The notes under the pieces were generated by a model. It searched no databases. It was not told where the DNA came from and saw only the letters and a list, made by a program, of their open reading frames with translations. A program made the translations under genes and the position numbers. 49,274 nucleotides of DNA from Chitinophagales bacterium (GTDB lineage: Bacteria > Bacteroidota > Bacteroidia > Chitinophagales > BACL12), in NCBI GenBank assembly GCA_014380545.1, contig JACMJP010000238.1, forward strand, positions 1-49,274, given 5' to 3'. Of the stretch, positions 37,022 to 45,510 are shown one piece after another; the first letter of the stretch is position 1; the number at the start of each line of letters is the position of its first letter.

Positions 37022-37824
37022 CCTCCATCAACTACTAAAACACTTCCTGTCATATAACTCGAAGCATCACTTGCCAAAAATGTAAATGGTCCTATCATTT
37101 CATTTTTATCAGCCATTCTTCCAAGGGGTGAAAGTTTAGAAAAATTAGTTACGAACTTTTCATCGTGGTCATTAAATATTCCATGCGGTGCAATTGCATT
37201 GCAGCGGATATTATCTTTTACATAAAATGTTGCAAGATATCTTGTGAAATTAGGAATAAATGATTTTGTAACTACGTAATCAACAGGCTTGTAGTTCATT
37301 TTTCCATCACCAAAATCATATAAACTTTGATTTGGCGCAACAAGTGAATAGGTTGAAGCAACATTAATAATATTTCCAAAACCCTGCTTTAACATTTGTT
37401 TGCATATTGCCTGCGTCATTATTATTAAACCCGTAACATTAACTTCAAGAGATTTTTTAAATGCTTCAATTGGAAAATTTTCAAATCTTGATTGATTTAC
37501 TTTTGAAATATTTTTTTTATCAAATTTTGCATCCAATGCCGCATTATTGATCAGCACATCAATTTTTTTAAATTTTGCAACGGCTGCTTTAATCACACCT
37601 TCACAACTTTTCTGTTTTGTAATGTCCAATTGAACAATTAAATAATTTTTTTTGCCAAATTGTTTTAAATCCTTTTCTATTGCTGAAAGGTTGCTCAAAT
37701 TTATGTCTGCCAAAATAACTTTTGCTCCTTGTTTAAGAAAACCAGCGGAAATTGTTTTACCTATTAACCCGAAAGCCCCGGTTACAAGAATAACTTTATT
37801 TTCCAATGGAAAAAAATTCACCAT
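37006..37824 (-). CDS. Short-chain dehydrogenase/reductase (SDR)
   Basis: VILVTGAFGLIGKTI (TGxxGxxG), NNAA, catalytic Y-x3-K in DYVVTKS. Confidence 0.8.
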   Translation of the reverse strand: MVNFFPLENKVILVTGAFGLIGKTISAGFLKQGAKVILADINLSNLSAIEKDLKQFGKKNYLIVQLDITKQKSCEGVIKAAVAKFKKIDVLINNAALDAKFDKKNISKVNQSRFENFPIEAFKKSLEVNVTGLIIMTQAICKQMLKQGFGNIINVASTYSLVAPNQSLYDFGDGKMNYKPVDYVVTKSFIPNFTRYLATFYVKDNIRCNAIAPHGIFNDHDEKFVTNFSKLSPLGRMADKNEMIGPFTFLASDASSYMTGSVLVVDGGWTAW

Positions 37825-38663
37825 GATTTAGCTAATATGGTGATCGTTCTTCCGTTAAAATATTTTTCGGCCTTAAATAGTTCCAACGCTTTTACCATCG
37901 GTCTTCGAATAAAGGGTGGATATTTTTTCATGAACTCATCAGAAACATAATAGTAAATATCTATAATGGTAAATCCAAATTGTTTCAGAAGCAAAACAAG
38001 ATTTTTCTGCGAAAAGTAAGAAATATGATACGGTAAATATGCAGGCCAATTTTCCTTTTGCGCTTTCCTGTCGTAACTATTATGATCAGGTACCCTGATA
38101 TACAAATAACCATTTTCATCAACCAGTGATTTTATTTTCATCATCGCCTGCTTTGCATCTATGAAGTGTTCCAATACATGGTTGAGCATAACGACTTGAT
38201 ATTTCTTCTCAGCACTGTTGTTAAAATCTTCAAGTGAAGAGTTTATTAAATTTATTTTGAGTTTACTTTTAGCAAATTCTGTAGAGATGGTTGATGTTTC
38301 AATTCCTTCTGCATTAATATTTTTATCCGCAAAGAATTTTAAATTAAATCCCCCACCAGGGCCAATTTCAAAAATACTTTTGATCGTTGAAATAAATTTT
38401 GATAAATAATTGTAGTGAAAGCTCCCGATTCTCAAAACCAGGTCATTTATTTCCGAAGGTTTTAGTTTCTTATAATCATACTGCATGTGCTCACTGAAGT
38501 ATTGTACGGAATTATAAATTTGATCGAGGTCTTCCTTCAATGGCAAGGGATTCATAATTCCATATTTACAGTTGTTGCACTCTAATACCTTAAATTTTTT
38601 ATCATAAACTACGGAAAATGATTTATTTCCACAAATAAAACAAGCTAAATCAATATTTGGCAT
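37818..38663 (-). CDS. Class I SAM-dependent methyltransferase with an N-terminal Zn-ribbon
   Basis: CFICGN...CNNCKYG (two CxxC pairs), motif I IFEIGPGGGFN, VVMLNHVLEHF, NGYLYIRVPD. Confidence 0.75.
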   Translation of the reverse strand: MPNIDLACFICGNKSFSVVYDKKFKVLECNNCKYGIMNPLPLKEDLDQIYNSVQYFSEHMQYDYKKLKPSEINDLVLRIGSFHYNYLSKFISTIKSIFEIGPGGGFNLKFFADKNINAEGIETSTISTEFAKSKLKINLINSSLEDFNNSAEKKYQVVMLNHVLEHFIDAKQAMMKIKSLVDENGYLYIRVPDHNSYDRKAQKENWPAYLPYHISYFSQKNLVLLLKQFGFTIIDIYYYVSDEFMKKYPPFIRRPMVKALELFKAEKYFNGRTITILAKSW

Positions 38664-39642
38664 TACACATTTTAATAATTATTTCTGATTCATTTATCTG
38701 CCGTAGTGATTGTTCTGTATGATCTTCTTTTTCTGAAACCTGCGCAAAAAAATATTTTACTTCGTTTGAAAAAAGATCGTTTCTGTCAAAGTCCTGTAAG
38801 AGAATATTTTTATTTCCTTTAGGAGAAATAATCTGCAATTCATTTTTAAAGTAATTCATTTGCATAACTGCTTCCTCAAAAATAAACTCATACTGTCTTC
38901 TCGGTTCATGTTCCAGGTAGTTCAAATGCACATGCCCTGTAATATTGTTATTATATTGAATTAAAAAATCTGTGACACTCTCTACATCAATATCCAGTTG
39001 GCTACTTCTATTAAATATAGAGTGATGGGAAATAATATCTGTATTTACGATCCAGTTCGCAAGATCAAGATCATGGCTTAGTGTTAATGCAACGCCGCCA
39101 CCCAATTCTTTTTTTGCAGCGTAAGAATTTTTATAATCTTCCCACGGGTGCCAGTTTGGTAAATAACTTCCCCAGTGTGTATGAAAAGAAATTAAATTGC
39201 CATACGTTTTATTTGAAATATGATCTTTTATTTGCAGGATGAGCGGATGAAAACGCATCATGTACCCAACCTGCAGATATTTATTTTTCTCTTTCACTAA
39301 TTCTTTTAATTCATCAAATCTTTCAAGATTATGCGATAAGGGCTTTTCAACAAATACATGCATATCTAATTGCAGGCAATCAATTGTTTGCTGCATATGC
39401 TGGGCTGTAGGTGTGCAGATAAATGCCGCAAAGGGACGCATATCATTAATATATTCCCAGTCTGTAATAACCTGCACCTGTGCGCCCGCAATATCACGAA
39501 ATGGTAAATTGCGTATTCTGAAAACAAATAAATTATGATAACCCAAATTCCATAAATTGCGAATATGTCTCTCGCCAATAGACCCTGCTCCAATTATTAA
39601 TATTGGAAAATCTTTATTCACTGAATTTGATACACTCGGCAT
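38650..39642 (-). CDS. Gfo/Idh/MocA-family NAD(P)-dependent oxidoreductase
   Basis: ILIIGAGSIGERHIRNL Rossmann, and CTPTAQHMQQ...HVFVEKPL, the family signature. Confidence 0.8.
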   Translation of the reverse strand: MPSVSNSVNKDFPILIIGAGSIGERHIRNLWNLGYHNLFVFRIRNLPFRDIAGAQVQVITDWEYINDMRPFAAFICTPTAQHMQQTIDCLQLDMHVFVEKPLSHNLERFDELKELVKEKNKYLQVGYMMRFHPLILQIKDHISNKTYGNLISFHTHWGSYLPNWHPWEDYKNSYAAKKELGGGVALTLSHDLDLANWIVNTDIISHHSIFNRSSQLDIDVESVTDFLIQYNNNITGHVHLNYLEHEPRRQYEFIFEEAVMQMNYFKNELQIISPKGNKNILLQDFDRNDLFSNEVKYFFAQVSEKEDHTEQSLRQINESEIIIKMCNAKY

Positions 39643-40342
39643 ACTGAATAATCTCTTCTGCTTTATAAAAACTTGTTACATCATCAATGTCAATTGCATA
39701 TTTTTTATCAATAATATAGGGTAGTATTTTATCACCGCTCATGGATCTTTTTTCTGTAATTGTTGATGTCCTGATAACATCCAATGTGCCTACCTGCCAA
39801 TATACGACCGGCAATTTTTGTCTCGGCTGATTAAATGGTTCTTTTATTTCTTTTAATTGTAACAAAGGTTCCATAGCATCATCATTATTTTTATTTATCA
39901 CCCACATTTTAAATGGTGTAACTGATGATTCAGTAATTATTCTGATTGAATCCGCATCACTATCTATTAATTTTTCAATTGCTTCATCAATCCATGTTGA
40001 AAATCTTATGGGAGATGTTGGTCTTAATTGCACAATATAATCAGGAACATAATTTTCATTTTCTTTGAACCAGATTAATTGATGCGCAAAAACATCATAG
40101 TCAGTTGAATCATCTTCTGCTAAATATTCCGGGCGTATAAATGGAATTTCTGCTCCATATTTTTTTGCCGCTTCAGCAATTTCTCCGCTATCCGTGTTTA
40201 CAATTATCCGGTTTATGAACTTACTATCCTGCGCTGCTTTAATACTGTATGCAATTAACGGATGTTGCAATAATGGTTTTATATTTTTCCCCGGCAATCC
40301 TTTACTTCCTCCCCTTGCCGGTATAACTGCAAGTATTTTCAC
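39614..40342 (-). CDS. Acylneuraminate/ulosonate cytidylyltransferase (CMP-sugar synthetase, NeuA/CTP_transf_3 family)
   Basis: MKILAVIPARGGSKGLPGKNIKPL is the canonical N-terminal motif. 242 aa. GTG start. Confidence 0.85.
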   Translation of the reverse strand: MKILAVIPARGGSKGLPGKNIKPLLQHPLIAYSIKAAQDSKFINRIIVNTDSGEIAEAAKKYGAEIPFIRPEYLAEDDSTDYDVFAHQLIWFKENENYVPDYIVQLRPTSPIRFSTWIDEAIEKLIDSDADSIRIITESSVTPFKMWVINKNNDDAMEPLLQLKEIKEPFNQPRQKLPVVYWQVGTLDVIRTSTITEKRSMSGDKILPYIIDKKYAIDIDDVTSFYKAEEIIQYAECIKFSE

Positions 40343-40351
40343 ACCATCTAA

Positions 40352-41230
40352 TTAATTTCCGTATTTCAATTTTTCCCGTTGCGGCAATTCAACATCAATA
40401 ATTTCTTTTTCCTTATATGTTAATGCTTCATAAGTATGGTCAAGATCTCGAACTAATTTTTGAAGCCCTGGAAATTCCAAACTCGCAGCATGGTCTGTTC
40501 CTCTCCATGTACGGTCTTTTGTAAAATGTCTTTCTATCCATATTGCACCAAGCGCATATGCTGCAATATCAACTGCAATGCCGAGATGGTGTCCGCTGAA
40601 CCCAATTTCTTTTATTCTGCTATCATATTTATCATACAATTTTTTAATTTCCAGAATACACATTTCTTTAAATGTAATCGGGTAACCACTTGTACAACTA
40701 TACAGCAATAATCTCTTTTTAGCAGCATCTTTTTCTTCAAAAAAAGAAATGAGTTTTTCAGTTTCTTCATTTGTAGTCATTCCAACAGATACATGTACAT
40801 CACCTGCATAATTATCACGAAGTGTTTTTAACAATTGGAAATGATTATTACAGGCCGATGGGATTTTAATAAATTCAGGATTAATTGAAATAATTTCTTC
40901 TGCACTTGTAACATCCCAAACAGAAACTGAATATTGTATGCCCGTTGTCTCACAATATTTTTTTAATTCTGCATGTTGACCAATATTAAATTCAAGAAAT
41001 TCCCGGTGCTTACCATAGGTCTCCCCATAAGATTGCCATGGCTCGGGATGCGGGGAATTATATTGTGCTTCAGTTAATAATTCTTTCGGGTTTCTTTTTT
41101 GAAATTTTGCATAAGCAGCCCCACATTCTTTTGCTAACCGTACAAGATCTTTTGCAATTTCAAAATTCCCCATGTGATTACACCCTATTTCAGCAACCAC
41201 TTTTGGTTTTTTATATTGATAATTAAACAT
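40352..41230 (-). CDS. NeuB-family PEP-condensing ulosonic/nonulosonic acid synthase lacking the C-terminal SAF domain
   Basis: VVAEIGCNHMGNFEIAKDLVRLAKECGAAYAKFQKR, and GFSGHHLG...ERHFT..R...GTDHAASL. The protein ends about 25 aa after this (292 aa) and the next gene starts 10 nt downstream. Confidence 0.8.
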   Translation of the reverse strand: MFNYQYKKPKVVAEIGCNHMGNFEIAKDLVRLAKECGAAYAKFQKRNPKELLTEAQYNSPHPEPWQSYGETYGKHREFLEFNIGQHAELKKYCETTGIQYSVSVWDVTSAEEIISINPEFIKIPSACNNHFQLLKTLRDNYAGDVHVSVGMTTNEETEKLISFFEEKDAAKKRLLLYSCTSGYPITFKEMCILEIKKLYDKYDSRIKEIGFSGHHLGIAVDIAAYALGAIWIERHFTKDRTWRGTDHAASLEFPGLQKLVRDLDHTYEALTYKEKEIIDVELPQREKLKYGN

Positions 41231-41383
41231 GCTATTTTTTTACAGCTTCGCCCCCTCAGTCACATTGCATTTTTTGTGATGAGCAGGATTTTGCGGAAAA
41301 GTAAGCATTCTGCAAAAAAACAAATAATCTAAAAATCCACTGTTATGCAATCAGAACAATCATGTGTACAATGTACAGGAATT

Positions 41384-42211
41384 TCATGCAGAATGCTGAT
41401 AAATTAAAAATACCTCATTAAGAAAATGTTCCATTTCTGTAAGAGGTATCATATTGGGTCCGTCACTTAAAGCATTTTCAGGATCAGGATGTGTTTCAAT
41501 AAAAAATCCATCAACTCCGCTGGCAGCTGCGGCTTTTGCAAGATAAGAAGCAAATTCTCTTTTACCTCCGCTTTTACCTGCATTCCCTCCCGGCATTTGC
41601 ACACTATGTGTTACATCAAAAATTACGGGTGCATATTGCCGCATAATTGGCAACGAACGCATATCAACAACAAGATTATGATAACCGAATGATGTTCCTC
41701 TTTCAGTGAGCAAAATATTATGATTATTTGTAGATAAGATTTTTTCAACTGCATATTGCATGTCTTCAGGTGCCATGAATTGTCCTTTCTTTACATTTAT
41801 TGCTTTACCAGTTTCACCTGCGGCAATTAACAGATCTGTTTGCCTGCACAGAAATGCAGGTATTTGCAAAACATCAGCCACTTCTGCAACAATTTTTGCC
41901 TGAGCTGGTAAATGAATATCTGTTAATACAGGTACACCAATTTTTTGTTTTACAGTTTGTAAAATCTTTAACCCATTTTCTATTCCTTCTCCACGAAATG
42001 AATTTCCTGAGGTCCGGTTTGCTTTATCAAATGAAGCTTTAAAAATGTAATTGTAGCCAAGTTTAGCAGAAACATTTTTCATATATTCTGCAACCTCCAA
42101 ACAAAGAGCTTCACTTTCAATTACACAGGGCCCCGCAATTAATAATGGTTTTTTTTCTCCTACTGTAATGGAAGAATTTATTTGAACCGGCAATTTAAAT
42201 TTTTGAAACAC
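41384..42211 (-). CDS. kdsA: 3-deoxy-8-phosphooctulonate (Kdo-8-P) synthase
   Basis: [50 protein letters not shown] start. Confidence 0.9.
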   Translation of the reverse strand: MFQKFKLPVQINSSITVGEKKPLLIAGPCVIESEALCLEVAEYMKNVSAKLGYNYIFKASFDKANRTSGNSFRGEGIENGLKILQTVKQKIGVPVLTDIHLPAQAKIVAEVADVLQIPAFLCRQTDLLIAAGETGKAINVKKGQFMAPEDMQYAVEKILSTNNHNILLTERGTSFGYHNLVVDMRSLPIMRQYAPVIFDVTHSVQMPGGNAGKSGGKREFASYLAKAAAASGVDGFFIETHPDPENALSDGPNMIPLTEMEHFLNEVFLIYQHSA

Positions 42212-42270
42212 TTATGAATTTTTCAATTATTTTGATTGAAGAATAATTTAACCAATTATTTTTAATATTC

Positions 42271-42702
42271 TTAATTTATTTCATCACTCATCACAGCGAT
42301 ACATTTTAACTCAATGGCAATAGCCGTTGGCAAAGATGTAACACCAACAGTTGTGCGGCATGGCTGGTTATCTTTAAAGTATGTTGCATAAATACGGTTA
42401 TAGGTTGTAAAATCTCTTTGCATGTCAGTAAGAAAAACTGTCACATCAATTAAATTCTCCCAACTGCTGCCTGATTCTTCTAAAACTGTTTTCACATTTT
42501 TAAATACAGAATGACATTGCGCTTCAAAATCAAATGTGAGGAAATTTCCATTCTTATCTATTTCTACTCCCGGAATTTTATTGGAACCTGCTTCTCTCGG
42601 TCCTATGCCCGAAAGAAATAATAAATTGCCGGCTTTTCTTGCATGCGGATATGACCCAACCGGTTCAGGAGCTTTGTTTGTGTGAATAATTTCATTACCC
42701 AT
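42271..42702 (-). CDS. RidA/YjgF/TdcF-family (reactive intermediate deaminase-like) protein
   Basis: TNKAPEPVGSYPHARKAGNLLFLSG...PCRTTVGV are family motifs. I prefer the ATG at 42702 (143 aa) over the track start at 42744. A terminator hairpin lies 17 nt upstream of 42744, and a TAccTTTG box lies just upstream of 42702. Confidence 0.75.
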   Translation of the reverse strand: MGNEIIHTNKAPEPVGSYPHARKAGNLLFLSGIGPREAGSNKIPGVEIDKNGNFLTFDFEAQCHSVFKNVKTVLEESGSSWENLIDVTVFLTDMQRDFTTYNRIYATYFKDNQPCRTTVGVTSLPTAIAIELKCIAVMSDEIN

Positions 42703-42706
42703 ATAG

Positions 42707-42714
42707 CAAAGGTA
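42707..42714 (-). promoter_or_regulatory. Candidate -7 box TAccTTTG (minus strand) 4 nt upstream of the preferred RidA ATG, implying a leaderless or near-leaderless mRNA
   Basis: The + strand reads caaaggta at 42707-42714. Exact match to TAnnTTTG. Confidence 0.4.
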
Positions 42715-42749
42715 AGATTTAAAAAACATCGATAAAACCTGCATCTTAT

Positions 42750-42780
42750 AAAAAACAAAAGCGGGTATAATAACCCGCCC
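42750..42780 (-). terminator. Rho-independent terminator downstream of the M23 peptidase gene
   Basis: The minus strand reads GCGGGT-tattat-ACCCGC followed by TTTTGTTTTTT. Stem arms at 42761-42766 and 42773-42778. Confidence 0.7.
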
Positions 42781-42810
42781 TATTAATTTTATACTTAATT
42801 TTTATTCAAT

Positions 42811-43920
42811 TTATTTCACCCTCAATTTCATTCCCGGCTTGATTATTTTTTTTGAAGAAATGCCATTGAGCTTACAAATTTTTGAAACTGTTGTTTTATT
42901 CCTGGATGCGATCTTTCCAAGTGTATCACCTTTTTTTACGTTATAATATTTTTTAGTTGTTGATGAGGTATTAGAAGAATTTTTGGATGCATTGCTTGTA
43001 ACACTAAATGTATTTTTATCAAGCACTAACTGTTCAACTTTCAACTCCTGTTTTTGAAAATCAACTAATTTAGAAGGATCAAAAGCTGCCCCCATGAATC
43101 TTGTCTCAAAATGTAAATGTGGTCCTGTTGACCGCCCCGTACTCCCACCTAAACCCAATTCCTCGCCTGATAAAATCTTATCGCCAACTTTTACTTCAAT
43201 TTTTGATAAATGCGCATAATATGTTTCCAAACCATTATCATGTTTTAATATTACAAGATTTCCGTAGCCACCATGATATTCTGCTGTTGTAACTTCTCCA
43301 TCTAATGCTGCAAATACATGATCACCTGTTTCAAGATCTAGATCAATTCCTGAATGAACCCTTCCTCTTCTCCATCCGAAGTTTGAATTAATAACACCCG
43401 AAACAGGCATATTAAAACAACTTACATCATTCATGCGCACATCTACTGTTATTGATGCTATAAGTTTAGTTGGGTCAAATTTTTCTGTTGCAGTTGATGT
43501 TCCAAAATCATTTATTTCAGGTAAGCCACTCAGGGATTTTTCACTAATAACTTCTGCATTTTCAGTTACAGCAGGCGTTACAATCTCAATATCTTCTCCC
43601 CCAATATCTCCATCAATTAAAGCATCCGCATATAAATAAGCATCCATTGGTCTTTGTCCTGTATAAAATACTTCCTTTTCTGCAGTGCGTATTTCTGCTC
43701 TCTTAAAATCATAAACTGGCTCAGGTGATTGGGTAGCCTGAATAACTGGTTTATAATAAAAATCTTCAATGTATTCCTGACCGGCAATTTCATTTTCTGT
43801 TGAAATTGTTTTTTGCTGAAGTGCGGTATGTACAATACTGCAGGATGACAAGAAGCCAATGGTTACAACTGCATAAGCAACTTTTGCGATGCGTAATTTT
43901 TTGTTTTTTAATTCCGTCAC
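42811..43920 (-). CDS. M23-family metallopeptidase lipoprotein with a C-terminal LysM domain
   Basis: Lipobox FLSSC. HSGIDLDL..GDHVFAALDGEV and GSTGRSTGPHLHFE (HxxxD / HxH M23 motifs). LysM YYNVKKGDTLGKIASRNKTTVSKICKLNG. Confidence 0.9.
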   Translation of the reverse strand: MTELKNKKLRIAKVAYAVVTIGFLSSCSIVHTALQQKTISTENEIAGQEYIEDFYYKPVIQATQSPEPVYDFKRAEIRTAEKEVFYTGQRPMDAYLYADALIDGDIGGEDIEIVTPAVTENAEVISEKSLSGLPEINDFGTSTATEKFDPTKLIASITVDVRMNDVSCFNMPVSGVINSNFGWRRGRVHSGIDLDLETGDHVFAALDGEVTTAEYHGGYGNLVILKHDNGLETYYAHLSKIEVKVGDKILSGEELGLGGSTGRSTGPHLHFETRFMGAAFDPSKLVDFQKQELKVEQLVLDKNTFSVTSNASKNSSNTSSTTKKYYNVKKGDTLGKIASRNKTTVSKICKLNGISSKKIIKPGMKLRVK

Positions 43921-43930
43921 TGTCCCTTTT

Positions 43931-45376
43931 TTAAGTTAGATTAATAGTTACATTTTTAGTTTCAGTAAAAAATCTGAGTGCTTCTAATCCTCCTTCTCTT
44001 CCAACTCCCGAATTCTTCACTCCTCCAAAAGGTGTCCTCAGATCACGAACAAGCCAGCAATTGATCCATACAATGCCGCTTTCAATATTAGCTGCAACAC
44101 GATGGGCTCTCGACAGATTTTGGGTCCAAATTATACTTGCTAACCCATACTCAGTTGCGTTTGCCATTTCAATGGCCTGTTCCTCGGTGTGAAAGGGATA
44201 AATAGTTACGACTGGCCCAAAAATTTCTTCCTGGTTGGTGCGGCAGCTTACAGGCAAGCCTTCGATGACTGTCGGTTCAATGAACCTGCCGTTTGCACAA
44301 CGTCCCTGTAATTGGAATTGATTGCCACCGCAAAGAATGGTACCTCCTTCTTCCTGGGCGAGGCTAAAATACGACATTATTTTCAAAAAATGCTGTTCAC
44401 TTACAATTGAGCCGATAATGTTTTCCTCACTTTTCGGGTCACCAATGGACAATTGTTTTGTTTTTTGTACAAAATCCTTTTTAAATTTTTCGTAGATATT
44501 CGCTTCCACATATATTCTGGAACCGCACAAACAAATCTGACCCTGGTTTGTGAAGCTGCTTCGAATGGTTGTTTCAAGCATTTTTTCGTAGTCGCAATCT
44601 GCGAAGATTAGTACTGGGTTTTTTCCTCCAAGCTCAAGTGATAACTTCTTAAACATGGGTGCTGCAACACCTGCTATTTCTTTTCCGGCTCTCGTGCTTC
44701 CGGTAAATGAGATTGCTTTTATGGCGGGATGTTTTACGATTGTAGCACCGGTGTTTGATCCGCTGCCGTGAATAATATTCAAAACCCCTGCAGGTAACCC
44801 TGCTTCTATACAAATTTCTGATAAAAGATAAGCTGTATATGGAGTTACTTCTGAAGGTTTTGCAATTACGCAATTTCCAGCAGCCAGTGCCGGTGCAATT
44901 TTCCAGGTAAATAAATATAAAGGCAGGTTCCATGGGGAGATACATCCAACAACTCCGATGGGACTCCTCAATGTGTAATCAATTGTTGTATTGGAATTAA
45001 TATGTGCTTCGGAAGAGAATTGACTAATTGCTGATGCAAAAAAGGAAAAGTTAGAAGCTGCTCTTGGGATATCGAGATTGCGGGCAAGCTTAACTGGCTT
45101 TCCGCTATCCATACTTTCAGCTTCCGAAAATTTCTCAAAATTTAATTCAATCAGGTCTGCAATCTTTTGTAAATACTTTGACCTTGTTGTAATATCAGTT
45201 TTACTCCACAAAGGAAATGCTCTTTGCGCTGCTGAAACAGCTACATCTATATCTGCTTCATTACTATCTGGTACCTGTGAATATACAATGCCGGTCGCAG
45301 GTTCAATATTATCTAAATATTTACCTGAGATGGGTGTCTGGAGTTTTCCATCAATATAATTCTGTAATATCTGCAA
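43931..45376 (-). CDS. NAD(P)-dependent aldehyde dehydrogenase (hydroxy/aminomuconate-semialdehyde dehydrogenase-like)
   Basis: 481 aa. ELGGKNP catalytic Glu motif, FTNQGQICLCGSRIYV catalytic Cys, EEIFGPV. Confidence 0.85.
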   Translation of the reverse strand: MQILQNYIDGKLQTPISGKYLDNIEPATGIVYSQVPDSNEADIDVAVSAAQRAFPLWSKTDITTRSKYLQKIADLIELNFEKFSEAESMDSGKPVKLARNLDIPRAASNFSFFASAISQFSSEAHINSNTTIDYTLRSPIGVVGCISPWNLPLYLFTWKIAPALAAGNCVIAKPSEVTPYTAYLLSEICIEAGLPAGVLNIIHGSGSNTGATIVKHPAIKAISFTGSTRAGKEIAGVAAPMFKKLSLELGGKNPVLIFADCDYEKMLETTIRSSFTNQGQICLCGSRIYVEANIYEKFKKDFVQKTKQLSIGDPKSEENIIGSIVSEQHFLKIMSYFSLAQEEGGTILCGGNQFQLQGRCANGRFIEPTVIEGLPVSCRTNQEEIFGPVVTIYPFHTEEQAIEMANATEYGLASIIWTQNLSRAHRVAANIESGIVWINCWLVRDLRTPFGGVKNSGVGREGGLEALRFFTETKNVTINLT

Positions 45377-45510
45377 CTATCCGTTTCCGTAAATGTTAAA
45401 AATGGTTAGCGGTGGCGAAGATAAAAAAAGAGTTGAATATTTGAAATAATAATAATCAGATTGAAGATGCTGTTAATTCCTTTAATTTTACTTTTATGTA
45501 AATTAGTATC

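Noticed and set aside
40352-41230. The possibility that the short NeuB-like gene is a frameshifted pseudogene of a full-length NeuB.
   Set aside because: The next gene starts 10 nt after its stop, and no SAF-domain-like sequence appears in any frame downstream. The catalytic TIM-barrel motifs are intact. I treat it as a naturally SAF-less family member.
42271-45376. Aldehyde dehydrogenase plus RidA-family protein as the 2-aminomuconate branch (semialdehyde dehydrogenase plus deaminase) of the kynurenine/nitrobenzene pathway.
   Set aside because: The two genes are separated by an unrelated M23/LysM peptidase and a terminator. The window holds no ACMSD, dioxygenase or kynureninase. Both families are very broad, so the link is too speculative to report as a finding.
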